Shown in pieces: positions 9,403-17,572 of a stretch of DNA of 64,000 nucleotides. A program made the position numbers and the translations under genes. Source of the stretch: Bdellovibrionota bacterium. GTDB taxonomy: Bacteria > Bdellovibrionota > UBA1018 > CAIPTA01 > JAALKR01. The DNA is taken from assembly GCA_965207455.1 (NCBI GenBank), contig CBDBMJ010000003.1:54197-118196 (forward strand), read 5' to 3'. The stretch's first letter is position 1; every line of letters starts with the position of its first letter. The notes under the pieces were generated by a model. It saw nothing but the letters and a program-made list of their open reading frames with translations, did not search any database and was not told the DNA's origin.

Positions 9403-10165
9403 ACAAACCCTCTAACGTTAGGTTGGGTTCAAAGTGGGTAACGGACTGAGATGTTCCCTCTAACAGATACCCAAATCCACCTGTGGCAATCACGGGGCAA
9501 TCCTGGGGAAAGTTCTTTTCTTTACGAATAGCTTCCACCATACCGTCTACCATAAAAGCAAACCCATGAATGGCTCCACTACTCATGGCAGTTTTCGTAT
9601 CATGGCCCACAACGGGAAGTTCTCCCGACGATGGAGTGAGGGCAATGGGTCCAAGGAGTGCGGTTTTTTGTACCAAAGCGTTCATGGAAATTCCCACACC
9701 TGGGCTAATAATACCTCCCATATATGCAAAGCAATTTTCATTTTTCCCAATAATGTCGAAGGTAGTAGCCGTGCCTGCGTCCACAACAATTGCTGGTGCT
9801 CCAAAACGCAAAGCTCCCTGAGCATTGGCCATTCGATCAGCACCCAAGATAGCAGGGTTGGGTAATTGTATTTCAAAGGACCATGGACTGCTTTCTTTGG
9901 CTATCACTAGGGGAATACTCAGTTCATGGAACAGTTGGCTCCAAGTGGACTCCAGCGCTGGAACCACGGAAGCAAGGACTGCTTTTTCAAGCTGCTTCTC
10001 TAGAGAGTGTTTCCTACGGGAAAGGTTTGTTTCCAAGTAGGTGAAAAGCTCATCAGCATAGGCATGGCGATTGCTTTGTATGTGGAAAGTATGAAGCTTT
10101 CCATCGGACTCGAATAAGCCAAATGTTGTGCGTGAGTTGCCGATGTCAATAATGAGTTTAGCCAT
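9389..10165 (-). CDS. coaX: Type III pantothenate kinase
   Basis: MAKLIIDIGNSRTTFGLF start, ASKHA fold; 258 aa. Confidence 0.85.
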   Translation of the reverse strand: MAKLIIDIGNSRTTFGLFESDGKLHTFHIQSNRHAYADELFTYLETNLSRRKHSLEKQLEKAVLASVVPALESTWSQLFHELSIPLVIAKESSPWSFEIQLPNPAILGADRMANAQGALRFGAPAIVVDAGTATTFDIIGKNENCFAYMGGIISPGVGISMNALVQKTALLGPIALTPSSGELPVVGHDTKTAMSSGAIHGFAFMVDGMVEAIRKEKNFPQDCPVIATGGFGYLLEGTSQSVTHFEPNLTLEGLYAIA

Positions 10166-10770
10166 TATTTTTTACCTCTATTTTCATTTCTACTTTCATA
10201 TTTGGCTTCATTTTTCTTGCTATTCTTTTTTTTCTTTTCAACTTTGACTTCGGGCTTGGGTTTTGGTTTCTTATCTGGATAGTTAATTTTGTAGATAACG
10301 GGAACGCCCAGTACTTTATTTCTTATGGGTAGGAGTACAACGCTAATGCCTTGATTTATTTTTTTTAAAGAGGGGGGGGAGCTCTTTTTTCGAAGTATGG
10401 ATCTTACCATGGGTTTAAGCTCTGTGGGCCAATGGGCCACGAATTTCTTCTCAGAGAGATTTACCCAAAATTTAACATTATATTCTTTTTTATTGACATA
10501 GACTTGTCCCTCTATGCTGGATTTTTTTACGGTGGGGAACTTTTTATTATTGTCAAGTAAGAAAACACTCATTCCACTTCCTCTAATGAGTAACTCGGTT
10601 AGGAAGGTGCCTGCGGATCGAAGTTGACCACCCCTGGGGCCTACGTTTCTCCCTTTACTTTTTTGGGTATTGGAGGCTTTGGAGGTTTTTTGAGCCAACG
10701 ATGGGGGAGCTATGAGGAGAATCGCCAAGGAAAGGAACAGAAGAGAACTTTTTTTAATTTGTTTTTTCAT
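10165..10770 (-). CDS. Secreted lysine-rich hypothetical protein embedded in the pan/coa operon
   Basis: Signal peptide MKKQIKKSSLLFLSLAILLIAPPSLA; KPKPKPEVKVEKKKK tail; no family recognised. Contains a G8 tract. Confidence 0.45.
   Translation of the reverse strand: MKKQIKKSSLLFLSLAILLIAPPSLAQKTSKASNTQKSKGRNVGPRGGQLRSAGTFLTELLIRGSGMSVFLLDNNKKFPTVKKSSIEGQVYVNKKEYNVKFWVNLSEKKFVAHWPTELKPMVRSILRKKSSPPSLKKINQGISVVLLPIRNKVLGVPVIYKINYPDKKPKPKPEVKVEKKKKNSKKNEAKYESRNENRGKK
10372..10379. repeat. Homopolymeric G8 tract (C8 on coding strand, encodes SPPS) inside secreted-protein gene
   Basis: Read directly: agggggggga. Confidence 0.8.
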
Positions 10771-10771
10771 C

Positions 10772-11572
10772 CTATCCCTTGACTTGTTTTACATAATCCG
10801 AGGCAGCTCCACTGACTATTTTTTTCAAATTGCAGTAGGGCGTAGCAAACTTTGGCGTGGGACCAAAGGTATAGCCTAAGATATCATTTACCACGAGCAC
10901 CTCTCCATCACAAACAGTTCCTGCTCCGATCCCAATGGTCGGAATTTTTAATTCTTGGGTAATTTGTTCCGCTGCTGTGGGATGTAGGCACTCCAGTACC
11001 AAAGAAAAACATCCAGCTTTTTCTAAAGCTAGGGCTGATTGCACCAAGAGGTCCACATCTTTTTCCGTTTTTCCGTGGATATAAAACCCTCCCATTTGGT
11101 GTATGGACTGAGGAGTGAGACCAATGTGACCCATCACTGGGATCCCTGTCTCCACACAGCGACGGGTGAGTTCTAGAATATGGGGGGAGGCGCCCTCCAT
11201 TTTTACGGCCTGTACTCCACCCTCGCCCAAACAACGACCACTACTGATCAGACCCGTCTCCACAGAACTTTGATAGCTCATAAAAGGAAGGTCTGCGATA
11301 ACAAACGCTCGCTCACTTCCTCGAACCACGGCTGCTGAGTGTTCTATAATAGTATCCAAACGAACCTGAAGGGTATTTTCTTGACCGTAGACCACGTTGC
11401 CGATGGAGTCGCCCACGAGGAGAATATCCACACCTGCATCGTCTAGGCATTGGGCTGTCATCACATCGTAGGCTGTTAGGGCAGCTAGGCGTTCCTTGCC
11501 CTTCATGGCTTGGAGGGAGTGGAGTGTGTGTCGTTTTGTTTTGTTTTGTACGCTACTCATATTTTGTTCCAT
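10772..11572 (-). CDS. panB: 3-methyl-2-oxobutanoate hydroxymethyltransferase
   Basis: LAALTAYDVMTAQCLDDAGVDILLVGDSIGNVVYG core; 266 aa. Confidence 0.9.
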   Translation of the reverse strand: MEQNMSSVQNKTKRHTLHSLQAMKGKERLAALTAYDVMTAQCLDDAGVDILLVGDSIGNVVYGQENTLQVRLDTIIEHSAAVVRGSERAFVIADLPFMSYQSSVETGLISSGRCLGEGGVQAVKMEGASPHILELTRRCVETGIPVMGHIGLTPQSIHQMGGFYIHGKTEKDVDLLVQSALALEKAGCFSLVLECLHPTAAEQITQELKIPTIGIGAGTVCDGEVLVVNDILGYTFGPTPKFATPYCNLKKIVSGAASDYVKQVKG

Positions 11573-12479
11573 TGGTAGTTGGGTTCCTATAGCGTTCCGT
11601 TCCTTTCTTGCTAATCGGTGATCCCGATTCTATTTCTTTAGAAAACTCTTGGGCAAAAACTCCAGACTCAATATCTTCCCAAAGTTTTTCCATTCGGGGT
11701 TGAAGTTCCTTTTGGGGAAGTAAATATTCTGAAGCTCGTATGCCGCCGAACCTAGCGGTGCTACTTACTTTTTCTAACATTCCAGCCACACCCCATTCTA
11801 CCATCATATCCACGATGAGTTTGGTTTCATGCAAGCACTCATAGGTGGCTAGTGTCGGATTGATTCCTTTTTTCACAAGGTGGCGTATGCTGGCATCCAG
11901 TAGGTGGGGGATTCCCCCGCATAATAGGATTTGTTCGCTGAAAAGATCGGCGTTGGTTTCCTCGGAAAAGGTGCTTTCCAGCAAGCCCACTCGATGGCAG
12001 CCCAGTCCTGTGGCAATTGCGCGGGCAAGTTCCCAAGAATTACCCGAGGCATCCTGAGATACAGCAAGCACGCCCATCACTCCTGAACCAGCCACATAGT
12101 TTTCTCGGAGTTTTTTACCGATACCTTTCGGGGCAACGAGAATGGAGTTGTCTTGGGGAGAGAGGGGAAGTTTCCCGTACGTTACGGCAAAGCCGTGGGC
12201 AAAAACAAAGGTTCGGGGTGAGCCATCTTTGCAGTGGGTTTGGAAAAAAAGTGGAATCTTTTCATCTGGAATTAAAATGGCTATGGGGTGGAGCGCTCGA
12301 TTTTCCAGTGCCTCCTCTAGGGAGCAGGTGGCAAAGCCATCTTTTTGAGCTCGCTCAATGGAGGTTCCCTTGTTTAATGCATTGCGCCCAGAGACAGTCA
12401 CGTCCCATCCTGAGTCTTTTAGGTTTTTTGCCCATGCTTGCCCTTGATTTCCGTAGCCAATAAGTGTAATTTGTGCCAT
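11553..12479 (-). CDS. Ketol-acid reductoisomerase (IlvC)-like NADPH reductase, in the operon position of ketopantoate reductase
   Basis: IGYGNQGQAWAKNLKDSG Rossmann motif; AHGF...APKG...GLLESTFSEETNADLFSEQILLCGG...YECLHETKLIVD matches the KARI knotted domain. 308 aa, slightly shorter than class I KARI. Confidence 0.7.
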   Translation of the reverse strand: MAQITLIGYGNQGQAWAKNLKDSGWDVTVSGRNALNKGTSIERAQKDGFATCSLEEALENRALHPIAILIPDEKIPLFFQTHCKDGSPRTFVFAHGFAVTYGKLPLSPQDNSILVAPKGIGKKLRENYVAGSGVMGVLAVSQDASGNSWELARAIATGLGCHRVGLLESTFSEETNADLFSEQILLCGGIPHLLDASIRHLVKKGINPTLATYECLHETKLIVDMMVEWGVAGMLEKVSSTARFGGIRASEYLLPQKELQPRMEKLWEDIESGVFAQEFSKEIESGSPISKKGTERYRNPTTNGTKYE

Positions 12480-12505
12480 GTGACTAATTACTAGCAGGAT
12501 TTTCC

Positions 12506-12913
12506 ATGTTACTCAACTTTATGAAAGCAAAAATTCACCGACTTCGGGTTACTCAAGCCAATCATGAGTATGAGGGGAGTGTGACCATTGATGAGCTCCT
12601 GATGAAGGAGGCAGGCATATTGCCTTATGAGCAGGTGCAGGTCTATGACGTGACCTCTGGGAGTCGTTTTGTGACGTATGCGATGGAGGGCCCTCCTGGA
12701 AAAGGGGATTGCTGTGTGAATGGAGCAGCCGCACGTTTGGTGGCTCTAGGGGATGAGGTAATTATCATGAGTTATTGCTTATTAACCCAAGAGGAGGCTT
12801 TGGATTACCAGCCCAAGGTGGTGCTTATGAATAAAGACAATTCTATTAAAGACAGTTTTACGGTTCGAGGGGGACATAAGGAAGTGGGCGCACCGTTGGT
12901 GGAAAGAAAGTAA
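12506..12913 (+). CDS. panD: Aspartate 1-decarboxylase (pyruvoyl-dependent)
   Basis: MLLNFMKAKIHRLRVTQANHEYEGSVTID with the G-S self-cleavage site; 135 aa. Confidence 0.9.
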   Translation: MLLNFMKAKIHRLRVTQANHEYEGSVTIDELLMKEAGILPYEQVQVYDVTSGSRFVTYAMEGPPGKGDCCVNGAAARLVALGDEVIIMSYCLLTQEEALDYQPKVVLMNKDNSIKDSFTVRGGHKEVGAPLVERK

Positions 12914-12917
12914 GCCT

Positions 12918-14039
12918 ATGGAGTGGGTGGTATTTCTTGTTCTTGCTGCTCTAACTGTTCTAGTAGCTGCTCTTGTATTTATTTTTCGTTCTAACAGTAG
13001 GGATAGGGATTTAGCCCTGATCGCGCTTCAGCAAAACATGATGAAGCAAATGCAAGAGGATGGTGTGAGTTTGCGAAAAGAGTTTAGCCAGTCTTTGCAC
13101 GAGTCCATGCAAAATATTTCCACAGTGCTGGGTGGGGTGAGTACTCAGCTCAATAAGCGTATGGAGGAGACAAACACTACTTTGGGTCGCACTCAAAATA
13201 ATGTGGGAGATCGGCTCGACAATGCGGCCAAAGTTATCCACAACCTACAAAATCAATTGGGAACTTTGGAGGAGTCCAGCCGACGTATGTTGGATATAGG
13301 TCAGGGGCTTAAAAATTTAGAGAATGTGTTGAGAAATCCAAAAATTCGAGGAAACATGGGCGAGTTTTTTCTAGAGGATCTTCTCAGACAAGTTTTGCCC
13401 ACGGGTAGCTACGGCATACAACATTCCTTTCGATCAGGTGTTACCGTAGATGCTGTGGTGTATGTGGGTGATAATCTGCTACCCATCGACTCCAAGTTTC
13501 CTGTGGAGAGTTTTGTGCGTTTTTTGACTATTCCCGATGATGAACCCGACAAAAAGAAAAAAGAATACCGGGCTTTTATTGCCACCATCAAACACCACGC
13601 CAATGACATTGCTAAAAAATATATTTGTCCCGATGAAAACACCTTTGATTTTGCTTTTATGTATATTCCTGCGGAGAATGTATACTACGAGACTATTATT
13701 CGTAACGACGGTACAATCAATTCAGACTCCCTATACTCCTGGTTACTACAAAAGAAAGTAATTCCCGTATCTCCTAACTCTCTATATGCTTACCTGCAAG
13801 TAATACTGTTGGGTTTAAAGGGCATGAAGATTCAAGAAAGTGCAAAAGAGATTCTCCAGGGCTTAGACCAGCTCTCCGGCGATCTCCGCCGCTTCCAAAG
13901 CGACTACTCCGTATTGGGAAAGCACATAAAAAATGCAGGCAATACTTTCGAGGGTGGAAATAAATATTTGGAAAAATTTCAAGGTCGTTATGACCAGCTT
14001 CTACAAACGAAGGAGTATCGTGGAATTACCAAAGAATAA
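12918..14039 (+). CDS. rmuC: DNA recombination protein RmuC
   Basis: N-terminal TM and coiled-coil; NMGEFFLEDLLRQVLP and PIDSKFP motifs of the RmuC family. Confidence 0.8.
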   Translation: MEWVVFLVLAALTVLVAALVFIFRSNSRDRDLALIALQQNMMKQMQEDGVSLRKEFSQSLHESMQNISTVLGGVSTQLNKRMEETNTTLGRTQNNVGDRLDNAAKVIHNLQNQLGTLEESSRRMLDIGQGLKNLENVLRNPKIRGNMGEFFLEDLLRQVLPTGSYGIQHSFRSGVTVDAVVYVGDNLLPIDSKFPVESFVRFLTIPDDEPDKKKKEYRAFIATIKHHANDIAKKYICPDENTFDFAFMYIPAENVYYETIIRNDGTINSDSLYSWLLQKKVIPVSPNSLYAYLQVILLGLKGMKIQESAKEILQGLDQLSGDLRRFQSDYSVLGKHIKNAGNTFEGGNKYLEKFQGRYDQLLQTKEYRGITKE

Positions 14040-14082
14040 ATCCTCCATACGTTCCTGGTCCTACTTTATTCTCTACTGTGTG

Positions 14083-14391
14083 ATGATTGTGTTTTTCACT
14101 CATAAGAAACCACTGGATCCCAGTTCCTACCCTTTTCCAAAGTATGGGGAATTGGTCCATTGTGTGGAATACTTTTTCTTTGCCATACTATTGCAGAAAG
14201 CCCTGCTTCGCAGTGAGGTGCCCAGGAGTTTTTGGTATGCCTTTGGGGGCACGTCCATCTTTGCTGTGGGAAACGCCCTGTATCTCTCCTTTTTCTCCAA
14301 CGGTGGCGCTTGGAGCACTACGGATTATATGGCCGTTGGGCTGGGAATAGGGCTTGCCATGTTTCTCTTAAATAGTATTTATCGCACCTAG
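14083..14391 (+). CDS. Small integral membrane protein (possibly VanZ-like)
   Basis: ORF 13933..14391 overlaps rmuC by 100 nt; internal ATG at 14083 avoids the overlap. Three predicted TM helices. Family assignment weak. Confidence 0.3.
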   Translation: MIVFFTHKKPLDPSSYPFPKYGELVHCVEYFFFAILLQKALLRSEVPRSFWYAFGGTSIFAVGNALYLSFFSNGGAWSTTDYMAVGLGIGLAMFLLNSIYRT

Positions 14392-14597
14392 GGTCCCAGG
14401 TCCGTGAGCATTTCCACCCCACCCACATCCGTTAGGTACACATGACCCGCGGGGCACACATGCTGTTCCACTTTTCTGGAAACATCATCGGGACGAATCC
14501 CACGAATCACAGGTATTGAGGAAAAATTGGTCTTACAGATGGGACAATCCAATGCTCGTTCCAAGGGATGCTTGGGTAGGGAATGTGCTTTTGTCAT
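14388..14597 (-). CDS. Small zinc-ribbon-like hypothetical protein (CPICK...CPAGH)
   Basis: 69-aa ORF with CxxC...C...H spacing; downstream of the paralog pair on the same strand. Confidence 0.35.
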   Translation of the reverse strand: MTKAHSLPKHPLERALDCPICKTNFSSIPVIRGIRPDDVSRKVEQHVCPAGHVYLTDVGGVEMLTDLGP

Positions 14598-14707
14598 GCC
14601 ATTACCATAACATTAATTATATATATTTAAAAGCATCACTTATTTAAATATTTGAGAAACAAAAAAGCCCTCTCTATTTCTAAAGAAGGCTTTTCTATTA
14701 AGAAGAT

Positions 14708-14804
14708 TTTGTAATAAATTAAAATTTATGTATTTAAATTTTTTGGTTAGCTGCCGGTTGCATTTTTTGATGAGCAATCATCAGCATCAGTTGATGCGAA
14801 AGGC
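14708..14804. repeat. 97-bp direct repeat copy 1 (3' end of CDS + 3' UTR)
   Basis: Identical to 15524..15620 at the nucleotide level. Confidence 0.85.
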
Positions 14805-15502
14805 TCTTTATAGCTCATGCCTCGTTCTTTGAGGCTGGTGTAGTCGTCATTTCTTTTCAATTCAGTACAGAGGTTATTTAACTTCTGTACTTGTTTCGCT
14901 AACCTTTTAGCTTCTGCTTCCGCTTCTTGAGCTTCAGTTATTGCTTCTTCAACTTCTTTTTCTCCAATCAAATTTTTAAATCTTTTTTCCTTGATTACAA
15001 GCGCCAGCTCAGACTCTACTCTTGTACTTACTTGAGAACCTATTTCATCTTCTATATTCGTCTTATATCTATCAAGCAGATCAGCGCCAAAACCCTTAGT
15101 ATATCCAGAAAAAATACAAGTAAATATACCTTCTTTAAGTAATTTATAATTAGTCAAGAGAACATCTGATCTAGTCGAGACTCCACGGAGTATAAATCTT
15201 GAAATTATACTTGGCTCTTCTGTTGCCTCACATCTAGAATAATTTTCAGAGATATAAGTTGCGATATGAGACTTTAGCTTTTCCCTGATCACAGTATCTG
15301 TGGAAGAAATAGTTTTTTGATATTCCGCTGTCTTACTTTCCGCATCTCTAACTCTCTCTTTTGCACGTATGAATTTCTCCTCAGCAGAAACAGGTTTCAC
15401 CGATGAATCATCACTCTCAGGATTCAGCGCATGTCCAATTGTTGGTGATGCTATGGAAAGCGCTATTGCTGTTATCATTACTATATTTTTTGTTTTTATC
15501 AT
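14747..15502 (-). CDS. Secreted coiled-coil protein, paralog A (conserved C-terminal ...PFASTDADDCSSKNATGS)
   Basis: Signal peptide MIKTKNIVMITAIALSIASPTIGHA. Clear homology to 15563..16240. Last 19 codons and 3' UTR identical to paralog B. Confidence 0.6.
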   Translation of the reverse strand: MIKTKNIVMITAIALSIASPTIGHALNPESDDSSVKPVSAEEKFIRAKERVRDAESKTAEYQKTISSTDTVIREKLKSHIATYISENYSRCEATEEPSIISRFILRGVSTRSDVLLTNYKLLKEGIFTCIFSGYTKGFGADLLDRYKTNIEDEIGSQVSTRVESELALVIKEKRFKNLIGEKEVEEAITEAQEAEAEAKRLAKQVQKLNNLCTELKRNDDYTSLKERGMSYKEPFASTDADDCSSKNATGS

Positions 15503-15523
15503 TTTTTTATCCTCAGGGAGTAG

Positions 15524-15620
15524 TTTGTAATAAATTAAAATTTATGTATTTAAATTTTTTGGTTAGCTGCCGGTTGCATTTTTTGATGAGCAATCATCAG
15601 CATCAGTTGATGCGAAAGGC
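15524..15620. repeat. 97-bp direct repeat copy 2
   Basis: Identical to 14708..14804. Confidence 0.85.
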
Positions 15621-16240
15621 ACTTTATAGTCTAGACGTTGATCTAGGATAATAGCGATGTCATCTCTTATTGCTCTATCAAGGAGGTTCTCTAATTTTAG
15701 AAGTTGCATAGCCAATTGAATAGCTTTTTCTTCTGCATATGCAAATTTTCTTTCTGCATCTAGATCTTCTTCCGCACTTATAGCATCGTTTATATCCTTT
15801 TTTTCAGCTTCTACTTTTGTACTTACTTGAAGCTCTATTTCATCACCCAGCATTTCAAAATACGTTTTATTTATACTACCTTTAGTAAATCCATGAAAAA
15901 TGCATCTCGATATTCCTATTTCGATTCCTTCATTACGATCAACTGGTATGCTTCTATTGTTCAAATAACGATAGTCCGCACCCATTATCCGAATATCGTT
16001 TATTTCTTCTTCCTTGCACCTAGTATAATTTTTAGAAATATAAGATGAGAGATGAGACTTTATTTCTTTATTTTTAGAATCAAGTTCCACTTGATATTCC
16101 ACAATCACTTCATTTAAAACCGCGGTCCTCTGCTTAGAGTTCTTTGACAAATCATCATCAGAATATCCAATTGTTGGTAAGGCTATGGCAAGTACCATTG
16201 CTGTTATCGCTATTATATTTTTATTGCTTGTTTTCATCAT
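15563..16240 (-). CDS. Secreted coiled-coil protein, paralog B
   Basis: Signal peptide MMKTSNKNIIAITAMVLAIALPTIGYS; shared YTRC...CIFHGFTKG core and identical C-terminus. Confidence 0.6.
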   Translation of the reverse strand: MMKTSNKNIIAITAMVLAIALPTIGYSDDDLSKNSKQRTAVLNEVIVEYQVELDSKNKEIKSHLSSYISKNYTRCKEEEINDIRIMGADYRYLNNRSIPVDRNEGIEIGISRCIFHGFTKGSINKTYFEMLGDEIELQVSTKVEAEKKDINDAISAEEDLDAERKFAYAEEKAIQLAMQLLKLENLLDRAIRDDIAIILDQRLDYKVPFASTDADDCSSKNATGS

Positions 16241-16449
16241 TATTCTTATCTCCTTTATTCATGTTAGTTATATTTGTTAATGCAAGGGACGTGCCAGAAT
16301 AGCTTTAAAAGGGTATAATTTAAAAAAGCTTTATTTTCAGTCGCTTAGCCGTTAATCTTATGCCTGCTGATACAAAGGCTACAAGAAATCAAGCCCTGGA
16401 TTGACTAAAAAATAAACAATGTCGAGGAATTTTACAGTAACCAGTAAAT

Positions 16450-17553
16450 TTATGTGTTTGGTTGAAGAGTGAGTACTTCTGCTTCTATCCAGGAGCCTGC
16501 CCCTGTTTGGGTTATGAGTCGGGGGTTGTGGAGTTGAAACATGGTGGGTTCTTCGGCAAAGGCAAGAGGGTATTCCGTTATGGTCACTAGGGCTTTGGTG
16601 AGTTTATAGGAAGGAGGCAAAAATCCTCCGATGGTGTCCACCAATCGGGACTGCACACAACGCTTCCAAAGGGCAGGGCCTCTGTGAATAGCTGTTAAAT
16701 AAAATCCAAAATTTCGCAGTTGACGAAGAATGGGTGCTACATCCATATAATTCTCTTTGATTGGGATTTGAACCACATGTATGCCAGCATTGATCATTTG
16801 CTTGCGCTTTTCTTCTTGGGCGGGAGCGTCCCCGATAAATACAATGGTTTTTTCCTCTCTATTTTGCACCAAGTGGGATTCCATCGGTATGGCCCCAAAG
16901 GGGTCCAGCACACATACCCAGTCTTGGAGGGAAACAATACTATCTTCCCGATAGGCTGCTTCCACGTCGAAAAGAAGAATGTCGTAGAAAAATGGAGTGC
17001 TCTTATTGTGCACACTCACCCGTACTATCTTTTTCTCATCGTCTATCTTTAAATCCCAAATTAGTTTTATTTGTGGGAGAAAGCGGTTGATGGATTTTTT
17101 GTAATCTTCATACAAGAGTTGGCAAAGGTGAGCTTCCTCTCCGTCGGCAATAATTACCTCTAAACCGTATTGCTCTAAACTTTGTATACCCTTGCCGCTA
17201 ATACTTTGTGTGGGATGGAGAGTACCAATTAACACTCTGGGAATGCCCATGTTTCGTATGCTTTCCGTTACTGGAGGAATGCGCTGGTAGGTGGGGTTGG
17301 GCTCCAAACTTAAGTATAGGGAAAGCTCCTCTGGCCTGGAGTGATCGTCGATGGTGTTCCACGCTTGGACCACACCATCTTCCTTGTCGCCCGGTTGAAA
17401 AACCGCTTTAGCCAGCACAGTACTTCCTCTGGCAATAATTGCGGACCAGGTGCTCTCCAAGGGTTGACCTATTTTTACTGGCGGTCGTCGACCCTCCAAA
17501 ACCAACTTATGGGTTTGGAGTAACATCTTTCTATCTAAATTCTCAAAGGTCAT
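16450..17553 (-). CDS. RibD-family (deaminase-like + RibD_C reductase-like) protein with degenerate deaminase active site
   Basis: N-half aligns to the CDA fold (…YLSLEPNPTYQRIPPVTESIRNMGIPRVLIG… versus …YVTLEPCxHxGRTPPCADALIEAGVARVVVA…) but lacks the HAE/PCxxC zinc ligands. C-half matches RibD_C topology. Confidence 0.45.
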   Translation of the reverse strand: MTFENLDRKMLLQTHKLVLEGRRPPVKIGQPLESTWSAIIARGSTVLAKAVFQPGDKEDGVVQAWNTIDDHSRPEELSLYLSLEPNPTYQRIPPVTESIRNMGIPRVLIGTLHPTQSISGKGIQSLEQYGLEVIIADGEEAHLCQLLYEDYKKSINRFLPQIKLIWDLKIDDEKKIVRVSVHNKSTPFFYDILLFDVEAAYREDSIVSLQDWVCVLDPFGAIPMESHLVQNREEKTIVFIGDAPAQEEKRKQMINAGIHVVQIPIKENYMDVAPILRQLRNFGFYLTAIHRGPALWKRCVQSRLVDTIGGFLPPSYKLTKALVTITEYPLAFAEEPTMFQLHNPRLITQTGAGSWIEAEVLTLQPNT

Positions 17554-17572
17554 GGGATTAGGAAATCATTCC

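Noticed and set aside
13933-14082. Long-start version of the small membrane protein overlapping rmuC by 100 nt
   Set aside because: The internal ATG at 14083 removes the overlap with the rmuC 3' end; the extended N-terminus has no support.
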